From: Paramecium tetraurelia
Lineage: Eukaryota
DNA: 64,000 nt
Direction of reading: 5' to 3'
Assembly: GCA_000165425.1 (NCBI GenBank)
Contig: CT868430.1
Coordinates: 124,001-188,000, forward strand
The notes below the pieces were generated by a model. That model saw only the letters and a list, made by a program, of their open reading frames with translations, did not search any database and was not told the DNA's origin. Positions 1-13,975 of this stretch are shown piece by piece. Both the position numbers and the translations under genes were made by a program. The number at the start of each line of letters is the position of its first letter. Positions within the stretch are counted from its first letter, which is position 1.

Positions 1-2718
1 ACAATGAATAGATTGAACAAATTAATGAAATGTTACAATCCAATCAATGGGATCAATTGATATACATGCAAGGATTGCCTTGTGATATCCAAGATGTATT
101 ACAAGAGTAATTAGTCAGAATATTAAATCCTGCTGTTGACATATTTAGAAAGTAAAATCAAGCTATTGTTCTGATTGATGGATTTTAATAATTAAATTTG
201 GAGAATGTTGAAATACAGTTGCCTCCTGAACCTGTCTAGGAAGCTGTAAAACTATGGCAATGTGAAATGTGCACTTTTGCTCATAATGTCTGGGATTCCA
301 CCTAATGTGCTATATGTGAAAATCCAGCACCAGCCAACAAAGTTCCTTATAAAGAAAATGAAGATTAATCTTAACAATTAGAATAACAATCAGTTTAAGT
401 CAACGTCGACGAAGAAGACGAAAAGGCTGACAAAAGAGAAAGGCAGTTCTTTGATGACCTAATAGAAAGGATTCAGGATAAGATTAAAAGATATTATACT
501 GAAAGACAAAGTGAGAAGGAATAAAAAATGAAACAAATCAATCTAGCAATTGAAGCATAATAAAATCTATTAAAATAACTCAATAGATAATAAGAAAAGA
601 AATAAAAATAGTAAGTATATAAATCTAAGTTACAATAACCTAAATAGCCATAAATACAATTGCAATAATAAAAAATACAAGAGTGCCAATAAAAATTGCA
701 ATAACTCACATCTGAATTATAAGAATTATAGAATGCCAAACTTGAAAACACTTTCTAAATCTATTCTGGCAAATAAATCCTTGAAAAAGCTGCAACCTTC
801 TTACAAGAATTCCTCTAAAACAGATTAGAATATTTCAGAGCATAAATCAATCCGAAGTATTTAGAAGAAATTGGTAGCATGGATGCAATAGAAAGCTGGA
901 AATATTTGGAAAAATAGGGTTATGATCTCCATTATTAATTAGTACAAAATCCAAATAAAATTCAAATCTTACCCATTTAATAGATGAAACATCTCCTTAA
1001 ATTAATCGAATTCGAAATTTGCAAAGAAACCAAGGCTGTAAGAACTTACAATCCAAAAAGAATTAGGAATCTAATAGATGAATAAGCTATAAATTATCAA
1101 GATTTCATCAACTGTTTAACTAAATATTAAGATCTTGTTAATGCTCCAATATATGTTATTAGGTAGTCCTGGGCTATAATAAAACTCTTCAATCGATACT
1201 TAGAGACTTGCGGACAATTTATTAATATGGATGTTCCTATTGGTACATCATAAGAATTCTAATAACGCACAATCTTCCTATCTATGGGCGATTATATGCA
1301 GGTCTTAAGACAGCTTTGTATGACTCCTACAAAAGTGGATATAGTTTAGAGAGTTCTCAATAAAACAAGTATTAGCAGAGATTCTCCTCCCAAGATCAAT
1401 GTAGAACGTATTCGTTTGGCAAATCGTAATGGGAAAACAAATCAATAGGATTTCCTATTCACTATGGCCTATGAATAGATGAAAAATATACCTCCTACTC
1501 TGTTAAGACCTATAAAACCACAAGGAACTGATCCATTCTTAGCTTTCGAGGTCAATTTCAGGGGTGAGGATGTTTAGGGAGAGAGTGGACCGTATAGACA
1601 ATTTTTTGCCGATATTAGCAAGGAATTATAATCTTCATAATTGTTATTATATCCTTCAACCAACAATCAAGCGAAATTAGGAAACCATAAAGATAAATTT
1701 GTTCTAAATCCTAGTGCAAGATCCAATTTCTATTTACACTTGTATGAATTCCTGGGAATTTTGATGGCAATTGCAAATCAGAACTGCCACTCACTTCTCC
1801 TTGGATTTACCATCAATATTTTGGAAATAAATAGTAGGTGAGAAAATCACATTTGAAGACATTGAACAAATTGATGCAACCATGTGCAACTTAATTAATT
1901 TTATGTAGGAATGTCCTGAATCAACCTTTGAAGAGAATATTTTCGAAAATTGGGTTACTCTGAGAACTGATAAAAGTGTACAGGAATTAAAAGAAGTAAT
2001 TTTATATATCTTATATATTTAAGAATGGCAGCAAAATACCAGTCAAATATGAGGAAAGACTAGAATATATTAATAAATTGATAGAAGTCAAATGTACTGA
2101 AAGTGAATTACAATGTGAAAGTCTGATCAAAGGATTAATCAAAATAATTCCTTCACCTTTATTGAATTGTATATTACATTTTATATCAAATCCTAGGGGT
2201 ATCAGCGGAAGATTTAGAATTATGGGTTTGTGGACGACCTATTGTAGATGTGGATCTCCTTAAGAGACACACAAGATATTCTGGAGACTTAAATGAAAAC
2301 AGTGATAGAATTAAATTCTTTTGGGAGGCACTCTATGAACTATCAGAATAAGAGAAGCTTAGATTCATTAAATTCTGTTGGGGATAAGAAAGATTACCTG
2401 CCAATGATGAAGAATTCGATCGAAATTAAATTAGATTTATGATTAAACCTTCTACTGTTAATACTAAATAGCCTAATAAAGCTCTGCCAAAAGCAGATAC
2501 TTGTTTCTTTAATTTAGAATTACCCAATTATTCTAGCAAAGATGTATTTAGATGTATTTACAATTTAGATCTTGAAGAAGTAATTACTAACAGCCATTAA
2601 TTTGGATTGCGATAGCATGAATGCTGATCCTCGAGTAAATCTAGATCCAAATGCTCGACATAGACGTAATAGGGACGACGACGAAGATGATAGCTTGTTT
2701 GAGGAAGGTGAATGGTGA
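1..2718 (+). CDS. HECT E3 ubiquitin ligase, 5'-truncated by the window, with a RanBP2/NZF zinc finger
   Basis: Ciliate-code frame gives WQCEMCTFAHNVWDSTQCAICENP (NZF), then HECT motifs [45 protein letters not shown] and LPKADTCFFNLELPNYSS (catalytic Cys). Tiny introns at ~1996-2023, ~2169-2196, ~2544-2568. TGA 2716-2718. One +1 indel near 1776. Confidence 0.92.
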
Positions 2719-2972
2719 AATCAATATATATATATATAATAAGTATATTAGCTTATGTAGACATTAATTTTATGCAATAATAATAATTTTGGAATTCCTT
2801 TGTAGTATTCTTTTTGAATTAATTTATACTTATTTATATCTAAATTTAGTGATAATTAATAATTATTCTCAAAGTCAGATAGATGTTGTTTTTTCGGTTT
2901 GATAATTTTTAATTCAAATCATTAAGAATAAATAATTAAAAATCAAAATTGATATTAGGAGGAAGATGCTTC

Positions 2973-3611
2973 TCATTCCTCCTCTAATTTTTCTATTTTG
3001 ATATCGAAATTTAAATCATTTTTTTAATTTCCTTCTTTTATATCATAGGTCATTGAGTTTTCAAATTAATTCTTTAGGTATTGCGGAAGGGATTCCTCAA
3101 TTTTGACATTAAGAGACTCCTGTTGGCTCTATCTTTTCGCCTGAGCAGCCTTCTTTATCTTAGTCTTATTTTTCCTTATAAAAGTCCTCAGAAATCCCAT
3201 TTTTTTGTTCTAAAAATCTTGAATTGGACAGATTAAACTAACTTTATTGAAAATCTATATATAGTCCTCTAATGTTTTTTTGGGTATTTTAACTAGATTA
3301 GCAGCCTCTTAAAGGGTGATTCTTGATTCCTTATTAGAATCCTTCTATAAACCCGTCTCATATATTCTCCTCCATTCCCTTACTCGATATAGAGCATCTT
3401 CAACAGTTCTTTCCTTCACCCTTTTCTCAGAAAAATTAGAAAAATAGTCATTAGTGTAATTGAGCATTAAGTAAAAATATTATTTATAATAATCTTTCTA
3501 ATCTAGATTTAAATAGTCTAGATTGGTATTTTCTTTAATTCTATTTGATTAGAAAATACCACCTCGAAGTTTAGTGTTATTGATAATTGCTCCTATATGT
3601 TAAATGTTCAT
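2973..3611 (-). CDS. Hypothetical ~212 aa protein with HTH-like motif (ciliate-type family)
   Basis: Intronless ATG 3611 to TGA 2973. Contains KERTVEDALYRVREWRRIY...ITLQEAANLVKIPKKTLEDY...KKMGFLRTFI. Confidence 0.75.
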
Positions 3612-4672
3612 TGTATCTTTAAACTCAAAAGTCTTGGTATTCTTTATTATTCAAGAAATTCCAAAAAGAAATTCAAACATTCCTAATTTTTAAAATTCTT
3701 ATTAATTATCAAACTTCATTTATCAAAAAATTTAATTTTCTTATAATCCATACCAATTAAAATTTGTATTATATTATCAATAAACCAGATAGAAATAAAT
3801 TATATATCGTTAGATCGAGAATGATTCATGGTAAAACAGATATGTAAGTCATTAAGTGACTTAAAGGTTTCTGATCTTAAATCATATTCAAAATCATATT
3901 CAAATTACCTTAATCTTTCCGATTTATTCTTTTACCTTTTTTTAGATGAAGAAATCAACTTTAACTATTATGTCGATTTTAAGGTTTGTACTTATTATTT
4001 TAACTGTTATCATAAATCTTCAATATTAGTATAATTGATAATTATGATTGGCATTAATTTCAACACAAGGTTCTCGAATCACTATTATTAGGTAAAATTT
4101 TTATTTAAAAATTAAAGTAACCTTTGTGAAATCGATGAGTTTCTAGGGTAAGGGATTATTGTTAATCCCTTAAAACTCTGTTTATTTTGTTCTGAATTGA
4201 ATTTCTCTATACTTGAATCTGTAATTATCTTTCTTTAAATTTTTTATTAATATAAAGTGAGAAAAATAAATTGCTTGAATAGAATTGAGTAATTCATTAT
4301 ATAAACATTTTTATATTTTATTTAAAATTCTTAACCATAAAATATTAACTATTCAAAAATAAAGACAACACCAGAGTTGATACCTTTTTGGAATTAAAGA
4401 TTTATATACAATGATGTCAAGACAGTAGAAAAATCAAACTTTGATAATAAGATCGCAATCTTGTTGATTTATCATACTCTATTAAAATTACATAAAATAA
4501 ATTAGCAATCATTATGATATTTATGTATACAGTTAGAATGCATACTAATAATGAAAATCAAAAACCATTATGTAATTTGATTAGTCCATAATAATTAAAA
4601 TAAGGTGAAAAGGGAATATAATAAAATATATAAAAATAATAATGATCTATTATTTCATTTTCAAGTATGCTC

Positions 4673-6767
4673 TCATTTTTTGAGGGAGAAGAGTTTACCA
4701 AAGAAACCTGTGTTGTTGTTAAAATAAAACATTCCTCCCATAACCAACAATAAAACGAACATCTATTAATAATAAAAACAATAGAATACTTGCATCCAAA
4801 ATTCAGTTGAAAACAAAGTTTTCTTCAAGAATGAAGACTCTTATTTTGGTTTCACAGGTTCAGGATGTTATTTTAAGTGCTCTTCTCTCTCTCTTTCTTC
4901 TTATTCTCTCTTTTTCTTGAAGTAATCATTCATAGCATATTCAAACACCTAAAATATTGAATAAAGATATTACTTCGAAATTGAATTTTCCTTAACCAAA
5001 GATTTCAGTCACATTTTCTCTACAAAGTCTAATTAATCTTCTGACATATTTTCTGTCAGTAAAGTTTATCTAATGTTTGGTAACAAGTTCCTTAAGTATG
5101 TCATCATTTTCATAATCAATGAGATCCAAATTCATGTAGAATGACATTGTTTATACTGTTTCTAGGAGTCTTTACAATTCCTATTTTGCAATCTTTACTT
5201 GATCATATTTCTTTTATTCCTAAAGATATGAATAATTTGATTACAGCATAAAACTCAATGATTCTATAATATTTGTTAACCATTTCTTTAACAATTTCGT
5301 ATTCCTGATGTTCTTAAGTCAATTGAGGCATGCAAACTCTATATAAGAATTGTTTGTCAGTTTCATTAGGCTATTGAATCAAATCTTCTGGATCAACTAC
5401 ATCTGTGACTCCTTCTTCATACGGCACTTTGCCGTCTTCAATCATCTCTTATTCAATTTCATCAATTTCTTTGGCTCGTAAGAATAATGGCTCTACTATT
5501 TCTTAAACCCACTATTTCTTCAATTTCAATGCTTCCATAACTCTGTGTGCATGTTCAACATAAATTTCTTTAGCATTCTCTAAGCCCATCAACTTCAATA
5601 TTCCAGGACCTTATTTGAATATGTTTTCAACGTTCGATAAACTAATAGCTTTCTCAATCAGTTCTTTTGCTCTAAGTAGATCTTTATAGGTAGACCATTT
5701 ATCATATAAGAGTGCTTAAGAATACCTAAATAAATATTATGAATTTTCCTTCTATATAACACCTGCATCATCCAAGATCTTTCTTGCTAAATCGAAATGT
5801 GACATCTTCATGTAACAAACAGACATATTGAGATACAGACCATACATAATAGAATTACACATTTCTTTATCAGCTTCGTCCTAAAAGGAATGAATGAAAT
5901 AAGTACTTGAATGTGTTCAACTCCATTGTATTTAACATTTTCATCAGTATAAATAGTCATTAATGATTTGTATTATTTTTTGAATTCCTTTTATTCTTTC
6001 CTATATTATTTAGCTGACTTTTTCATATCTTCAAGTTCCTTTCGTTCCTTCTCAGTCATATTGGAAGTATCTTATTGTTGATTTGCCTCCTCCTCATCAG
6101 ATTCTTCTTCAGGAGGCTCTACTACTTCTAAATAACGGAAACATCCCAAGGCTCTTTCATAATATCTAATAGCCTCATCATATTCTTATTTTTGCAATAG
6201 TTTATTTCCTGATAATGAAAATAATTAATACCTTTTTCTCTAAACTTATCATAAACAAAAAATCGTTAGGCCACTTCGCATTGTCTAAGTTTTTTTGTGT
6301 TTTCGTCATCATGAAACAGTGTACTTTTCAAATAAGTTGGATATGAATCGAACACTTTTCTTCGATCCTTAATTGGACCTAAGATTGAATAATAAAGAGC
6401 CTTACCTTTTTTAACTTCCTTAGAATCAAATGCCAACATCCACAATCCACGAGTATCAAGTAGATAATTCAAAGGACTTATATAATAAGTGTCATATGAT
6501 TCTTCAAGGTGGGCTAGAGGCGGGTTTTTCTTTTTTTCACTTGACATAAATGGACATCCTCCTTTGGGTTACTTTTCTTTTTTCTCTTTTTTCTTTTCAG
6601 CACTTCCATCTGCAATTTTGATCTCTGGTTGTTGTTGCATTTGTTAGAAAGGACATTTTGATTTATCTGTATACTTTTCATGGCCTTTTGGGGGGTTTCA
6701 TAGCTTCTGAAAACGGGCAAGAACCAAATTCAATATCTTTCTTCTAGGAACCTTAATTGCCTTGCAT
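4673..6767 (-). CDS. TPR-repeat protein with N-terminal CPF motifs and C-terminal transmembrane tail
   Basis: TPR-like KGNKLLQKQEYDEAIRYYERALGCF and LYLNMSVCYMKMSHFDLARKILDDA. Several tiny introns. Ends MFVLLLVMGGMFYF...KLFSLKK-TGA. A start at ATG 6767 needs correction of a +1 homopolymer indel near 6686. Confidence 0.8.
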
Positions 6768-6842
6768 TGATTTCAAATATATTTTTAATTATGTATAATG
6801 TTTTCTTAGGAGGAGTTCTTGAATTATATAAAATATATTTAT

Positions 6843-8289
6843 TCACTGGTCCATGTCAATCATTTTCAAAACTGTACGAACATGTTCATTATCATCATTA
6901 TTTTATTTGTCTTCAACAACTGAATTTGATTTCTTTCTCATTAAGTCTTTTAAATCCTTTAACTCATCGGAATCTTAATGTTCTAATAAAATATGTATAC
7001 CTGTTCTTTCCTAAATGGAGATCAAGGTAGTTTGGTAATGTTATCCCTTACTATTCTATTTGCCTTCATCCAAATCTTGGTCATATTGAAAACTGTTTTG
7101 TAAATTGTGTCCAAGCCATTGCTGATCACTTGTGCTGCAGTGTTTCTAATAACTCAAGGTCAGGTCTTGTGATTTGTTACTCGTATTCCTTTGAGAATTT
7201 AGGAGGCTCTTATCTCGAACTTTGAAAGTGTTCTACACAATTCTGTTTCTGGGAACTATTTTAAACACTCTGAATTGAGACAATTAATCAATACATCTAA
7301 CATACTCTATTCAATTTACCTCTTTTCTTAATTATTATGATAGAATGAACAATCAGTCTTTGAACATTGTTAATTTATACATTGCTTAGTTCTAAACAAC
7401 ATGGGATGATATTCAAGTTCCTTCCAACCATGACATTTCCCACAATTGAATCCTTCCTGACATCCACTGTAATACTCTAAAATATATTCTGCAGTGTTCC
7501 AACTCTAACAAGGAATTGGATGATATTGATAAATTTATGGTTTTCTCCGAAAATCTTACCAATTATGAGCATAAACACACAAAGCTTTGTCATGTTGGGT
7601 TAGGTTGAAAGGACACCACACACTTTTATAATAAAACATAAAGAAATCATCATCATATTCCAAATTGTGAATCAATTCAATTACTATATCTGCTTCAGAA
7701 TGTGCAAATGAACAAAATTTTCCATAATCACATTAATAGATGTTATTTGGATAATATGAACAGAATTTAGTTTTGTAATTGTCTGCTCTATAAAGTTATT
7801 CTACTCTATTATGTGCTTTATTGCAATTATCACCATATGGACACTATTAATTGCTTTCAATATATGCACATAACTCTGCTGAATATTATGTATTATTTCT
7901 AATTTTTAATATGGTTATACCTTTTTCTATCTTTAGCATTGTGGTAGAAGGGACAGTGTTTGTGACTATGACTACCCGGGATCTTACAAGGTTATATTTT
8001 AAAGGAACTCAAGTCTAGATGTTCAACTTAATATGAGGACTGAATTGGTTATGAGAAATTGAGGTTATAATGAGTCACATCGGTCGTATCTAAAATATAA
8101 TTGCTAACTACCTGTGTCGCTTAATTTAGCATTTCGTTCAGATTTTTATGCGCTATTCATACTCAGCATTCCCTTAGGAACTTATGGCATTTAAAGTTAT
8201 TGAGATCTACAATTGCGATTATTGTTAGGCTTATCATTATTATTGTAACGTTTCAAGGCCTTTCTTAATTAATCTTAGGGGTTGTGCAT
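6843..8289 (-). CDS. Unkempt-like multi-CCCH zinc-finger RNA-binding protein
   Basis: LDLSSFKIQPCKIPGSHSHKHCPFYHN, CPYGDNCNKAHNRVEQLY, YKTKFC...CDYGKFCSFAH, YKSVWCPFNLTQHDKALCVYAHNWQDFRRKP. Tiny introns. TGA at 6843. Confidence 0.88.
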
Positions 8290-8669
8290 TATTTAATATT
8301 TTATTATTAAATTTAATGATCTCAAAATCAATTAACTTACTTTGATCCCCTTTTTGATAGAGTAAGACACTTGGTATGTAAATTTAAATGAAATTTCTTG
8401 TACTAAATATAAATTTTATTGGATAATCATCTTATCTTAATCATTTATATGTAAGATAAAGTTTAATTTTAAATTGATAAATTCAGATCACTCGTAAATG
8501 CTATAAACTTATTTATAATTCAATTTACAAAAATTTCATCAATATTAGTACTCAATTTAATCAATGAAACTTTGGGATTATATTTTTGGTAAATAACTTT
8601 GAACTGTTTAATAGCAGTTAATTATTTATTTATACATTTCATTAATTTTAAATTCAAATTTTACACAAA

Positions 8670-11600
8670 ATGAAGAAATCATTCAAAGAAGAAGCAATGC
8701 CTCTTATTTTTTACTAATAAGAAACACAAAGTAAATATTTGCTAAATCACAACAGCTTATCAAGTAAACCCTGATGCGATAGAAATAATAAAAAATATTC
8801 CATCACCCATCGGAATAGTTGGAGTCGCAGGCATGTATAGAACAGGGAAATCCTACCTCCTCAATAGAATGCTTCTAAATAGATCTGACGGTTTTGGTGT
8901 TGGTCCAACTGTACTACCATGCACTAAGGGACTTTGGATGTGGGGCAAACCATTACTAGGTTAAACGAGTGATGGAGAAAGCTGTTCAATCTTAGTCGTT
9001 GATAGCGAAGGATTGGGTGCTCCAGATGAAGACTCTACGCATGATATTAGAATCTTCTCTTTAACCATTCTATTGACATCATGTTTCATCTACAATTCTG
9101 TGGGCAGTATCGATGAAAATGCCCTTCAAAACCTTAGTCTCGTTGTCAATCTCACTAAAAACATTTAATTAAAGAGGTAAACCATAATTTATTATTTTTA
9201 GTGGGTAATCCCTTCAAGAACTTGAGGATTTATCATAATACTTTCCACAATTTTATTGGGTTGTGAGAGACTTTACACTTCAACTAATTGACAAGAACAG
9301 AGAACAAATTACATCTAAGGATTACTTAGAAAATGCACTTGTCATCTAGAAGGGATCCTCAGAAGGAATTGATCAGAAGAATAAAATTAGAAAATTGTTG
9401 TCAACCTTTTTTAAAGATAGAGATTGTATTACATTAGTAAGACCTTTGACGGAAGAAAGCAGTCTCCAAAATTTAGAAAACTTAGATTTTGATAAGTTAA
9501 GACCTGAATTTTTTGAATAGGTCATCAATCTAAGAAAAAAAATACTCAATAGAATCAGACCAAAAATGTTGAATGGAAAGACACTTTCTGGTTAAATGTA
9601 TTGTGATTTAATTCGTTCCTATGTCACAGCCATTAATAATGGAGCTGTCCCTGCCATTGAATCTGCTTGGACTTATATTTGCAAGAATGAATGTTAAAAG
9701 GCCGTTGCTGAAGCATTTGATACTTATGAATAAATCCTTAAGGAAAATCTTCACAATAGATTCCCCATCTCTAATGAAGATTTAAAAGCCTTTAATAAAA
9801 GTCTTAAGGAATAGGCCTTCGCCTTATTCAAAAAGAAATGTGTTGGAGATGCTGATGAATACAAATTCGAATTATAACGAAGAATTAAATAGAGATTTGC
9901 TGCAGTGAAATAGGAAAATGATAGAGAAGGTTCAAGAATGTGCTCTTAATTCATTTAATAAGAATTCTAGCCAATCGATAGAAAACTTAAACTAGGAGAA
10001 TACAAATCTTTTGGAGAGTATGAAAAAGATATCAAAATGTTTTACAACTTTTTTATTGAAAATGGACCTAAAGTGGGAACTAGAAATTAAATCATTTTAG
10101 AATATCTATAAAGAGCCTTAATTGAAGGATCTAATCTATTTATTAGATAATATGCTCAAGAGACAGATATGATGAAAAATGTCGCTTCTGAGACTCAAAA
10201 AAAATTAGAATAGGAATTGAAAGAAGTTAGATAGGATAGTTTGAAAGATAAAAATAATCTGTTGATGAAATTGGCATAAGTAGAGAGTGAAAAAAGTGAA
10301 ATAGAACTAAGGGAGTAAGTTGCCAGGGATAACTTAGAAGAACTTAAAATACAAAAGGAGTAAGTAGAAAGGGATTTGAAATTAGAATCTGAAAATGAAA
10401 AAATTGAATTAACTAGATAAATTTAAGAATTAAGGGGATAGGTCTTAAAAGCAGAAGAATTCAATAAGGATATGGAGAGGAATACTCTTTTTGGAAATTC
10501 TGAGTTTGAAAAGGAGAGAGCTCTTTTGGAATAAAAAATTACTTTCTTTGAGAAGTTAGTCAATGAGATGAATGCAAAAGAAGTTGAATATTAGAATGAA
10601 ATAAAAAATCTCAGAAAAGAGCATAGTTTACAATCAAAGGATTAACAAACAAAGTCTGATTAAATGATTAGATAATTATAATAGAAACTCAGTGATTTGC
10701 AGGAGAAACTTAATGAGATGGAAAATGAATTAATTGAGAAAGAATCCAATTTCGAGAATGACTTCAAAAAGTTTGAACATAAAGAACGAAGTTTAACCAA
10801 ATAAAACTTTGAATTGAATGAATAAATACAAACATTGACAAGAGAACTCAGAGAATACAAGAGAAATGAAGAATAGATGTAATAAATGTTAAAGAATGAT
10901 GCTAATAATTAAGTCAATGAATTGCTAGAGAAGGTTCAAGGATTGGAGGATCTAATCAAAGCTAAGGATGATTAATTGAAATAAACTAAGAGTCATAGTG
11001 AAAAAGATAAAGCTTTGATGTAATAAAAGATGGAATTCATGGAGGTTCAATTGGATGAATACAAAAAGTAAATTGAAGAAAATAAAAAGTCTCATGAGGC
11101 TATTATGAAGGCTTTTGAGAATTCAAGCAATGAATCTACTTATAAAGTTGATGCTGCCAAAATGAATGACTTAAGAGAACAACATAGGAGAGATCTTAAA
11201 AATATAGAGAATGAATATGAAAGTGTTAAGAAGAGATTATAATAATAAGTAGATCAATTGAATGAGAGAAATAGTGAATTGGAACTGAAAGTTAAATTTG
11301 AGACTGGAGATCTGATTAAGGAGATTGAGAATCTTAAGGAATAACTCTAGAGCACAGAAGAACAAAAAAATAAATTGCTTGAACAAAATAAAACTTTAGA
11401 TGGATAGAAATTATCAATATTGAATAGAATAAGAGTTAAGGTATTAGAAGAAGATTAAGTCATTAGAATAAGCTATGGATGAAGCTGATACTAAAACAGC
11501 AAGGGAGGTTAATTTGGCTCAATCAAAAGCAGAAGAATCTTTGACTTAGTTGAAGAATTTCTATGAAATTGAAAGGGAAAGATTGGAAAGAAGAATATGT

Positions 11601-13658
11601 GAGGAGAAAGAGAAGAGCGAAAAGAAATTCTAAGCTGCTTAAGAAGAATTCTATCATAAACTCAGAGAAACTGAATAAAATTACGAAGAAGAAATCGAAA
11701 CACTAAAGGATGACTTAAGAGATCAAGTATAACAATATACAAATACAATTTAATAATATGATCATGAGATTGCTTTGAAGTAGTAAACTATCGAGATATT
11801 TGAAAAACATATTAAAGAAACTAAAGAATAACTCATATCACTTTAGAATAACAATAATGCTACTTTAGAATAATAGATGAACTCTTTCACTACAGAAAGA
11901 AAGAGCTTAATTTCTAAAATTGATGTTCTATCAAGTTAGTTAAATAATCTACAAAAAGAATTTATGGCATTGTAATAAAAGAAGGATCTTTTGGAAAATG
12001 AGAAGACAAGGAAGGAATAATAATTTGAATAAACAAGGAAAGAATGGTAAGAAGAAAAGAGAGAATTGATTGATAGATTAGAAGAGACAAAGCAAAGACT
12101 TTAAAAGATGAATGATGAATTTTTAGAGAAGAAGATTGAATATGGCAGAGAAACAGCATTAATTTAATAGTAAAATGAATTTTTGTAGAAGAAGATTGAA
12201 GATTTATAAAAATAAATAGATACTTAGCAATCAAGATTTGATGAGAAAATTAAACAATAAAAGAATGAATATTCAGTAGAATTAGAATAAAAATGGAAAG
12301 AGCATAAGAGGAAAAAACAGCTATTGAAACTAAGTATGAGAAGATTAAGAAATAATTGAAAGAAAGCGAATATCAATATAATAAGTAAGCATCAACTTTA
12401 GAGAGAGAGAAAGCAATCCTAAATGAAAAGCTAGGACATTTAGAATCAAGAAAGAATGAATTAGAATCAAAAATAAAGGATGAATCTGCTAGTGTAGCTT
12501 AATAGCAGGCTGCTTTGAGGGAATAAATAGCTACAGACAAGAAATCATTGTAGTAAGAATTAGAAAAATATAAATAATTTAATCTTTAATTGGAATAAGA
12601 AAAGAGCGAAATTCATACTAGTTATGAAAGAGATAAAGCTTTATGGGAAGGCAAATTTTAATTTTTGGAATAACAAAAGGAATAGGCAAAATAGGATTTA
12701 GTAGATGCATTAAAAAAATTTGAGATGACTTTAATGCATTTATAAAGAGCTAGATCAAATGAAAAGGATGAGTAAGAAAACAATTTAAATGAGTTGTTAT
12801 TAAGTGTTGAAAGAAAATATTAATCATAAATTGAAGAAGCTAATCAAACTCATTAAAGAATAGTCTAAGATTATGAAGATAAAATTAGGAGATTATAGAA
12901 AGAAGTTAAAACTCATAAAGATAAGATTTTAATTGATCAGCATGGAAAAATTGGTAATTAATTATTGTCAGAAAAGAAGTTTGCTGAAATGCTAGATAAT
13001 GAAAAGAGATTATAATAAGAAATAGAAAACATTAAATAGGATAGGGATCATAAGATCTTTGAATATTAAAAGATGTTAGAATAAGAAAGAGAGAACTTGA
13101 AAGCTAAAATAGTAGAATTGGAAACAAAATATAAGGAGGTTGAGAGTAAAAGGTCAACCCTTATTTTTGAGTTTGAAAAAGAGAGAGCTAAATGGTGAAT
13201 TTGGATCGAGATCATTTAAATAATATCAAAAATGAATTATCAGATTAATTAGATAAAATAGGAGAGAAAAAGGAATAATTTACTGAGAGAAAATGAAAAG
13301 TTAAAAAATGAATAAAGAGCTACCAGACGTAGTGTTGCTGCCCATAACATGACAAGTAATAATATCAAGACAGGCAGTACATACCGAAATCCAATCAATA
13401 ACATATCAAGTATGTAATCTTTATATCATTTAAGCTATTGGACTTTAAAAATTAAGTCCAACCCATTCTAATAACACTTCTACATCTTCTGCCAACATAT
13501 CAGTCCTAAAAAAGAATAATTTAGCTGATATAACCAATTATGAGAAGACCGCTCCTTTGACTTAGCAATCATTCCAAAATAGCAAATATTACTTTTATGG
13601 AAACTAATAAGGGCAGAACGATGATTCAATGATTGGATAGAGTGATTTTCAAAAATGA
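8670..13658 (+). CDS. Guanylate-binding protein (GBP/atlastin-type GTPase) with very long C-terminal coiled coil
   Basis: VAGMYRTGKSYLLNRM (P-loop), CTKGLWMW, VDSEGLG, WVVRDF, then >1000 aa of E/K/Q heptads. Introns at ~8731, ~9177, ~13412. Small indels near 11425, 12295, 13196, 13280. Confidence 0.92.
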
Positions 13659-13901
13659 TATAATTAATATGTTTAAAATTTAATGATATATTTTAAACCA
13701 ATTCTTCATTATCCTATTTCTAGGGATGATATAATTTTGAAAAATCAAAAATGTGTTATGAAAGTATAAAGCAAGTCAATTATAATAATGGGATGATATA
13801 AATTAAATTCAATTCTTCACATAATTGTTTAAAATCATAAAAGCAATACTTTCCTTTAATTTGATATAAAATAATTAATAATTTAAAAATTAAAAAATTT
13901 A

Positions 13902-13975
13902 CGCCCGAACAGGGTCTCGATCCCTGGACCTAGAGATTAAGAGTCTCTCGCTCTACCAAGCTGAGCTATCCGGGC
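13902..13975 (-). tRNA. tRNA-Lys(CTT)
   Basis: GCCCGGATAGCTCAGCTTGGTAGAGCGAGAGACTCTTAATCTCTAGGTCCAGGGATCGAGACCCTGTTCGGGCG folds as a full cloverleaf, anticodon CTT. A T-run (Pol III terminator) follows within ~10 nt. Confidence 0.96.

Noticed and set aside
3716..4012. ~100-codon minus-strand open frame in the intergenic gap
   Set aside because: With only one stop codon such frames arise easily. There is no recognisable motif or typical composition.
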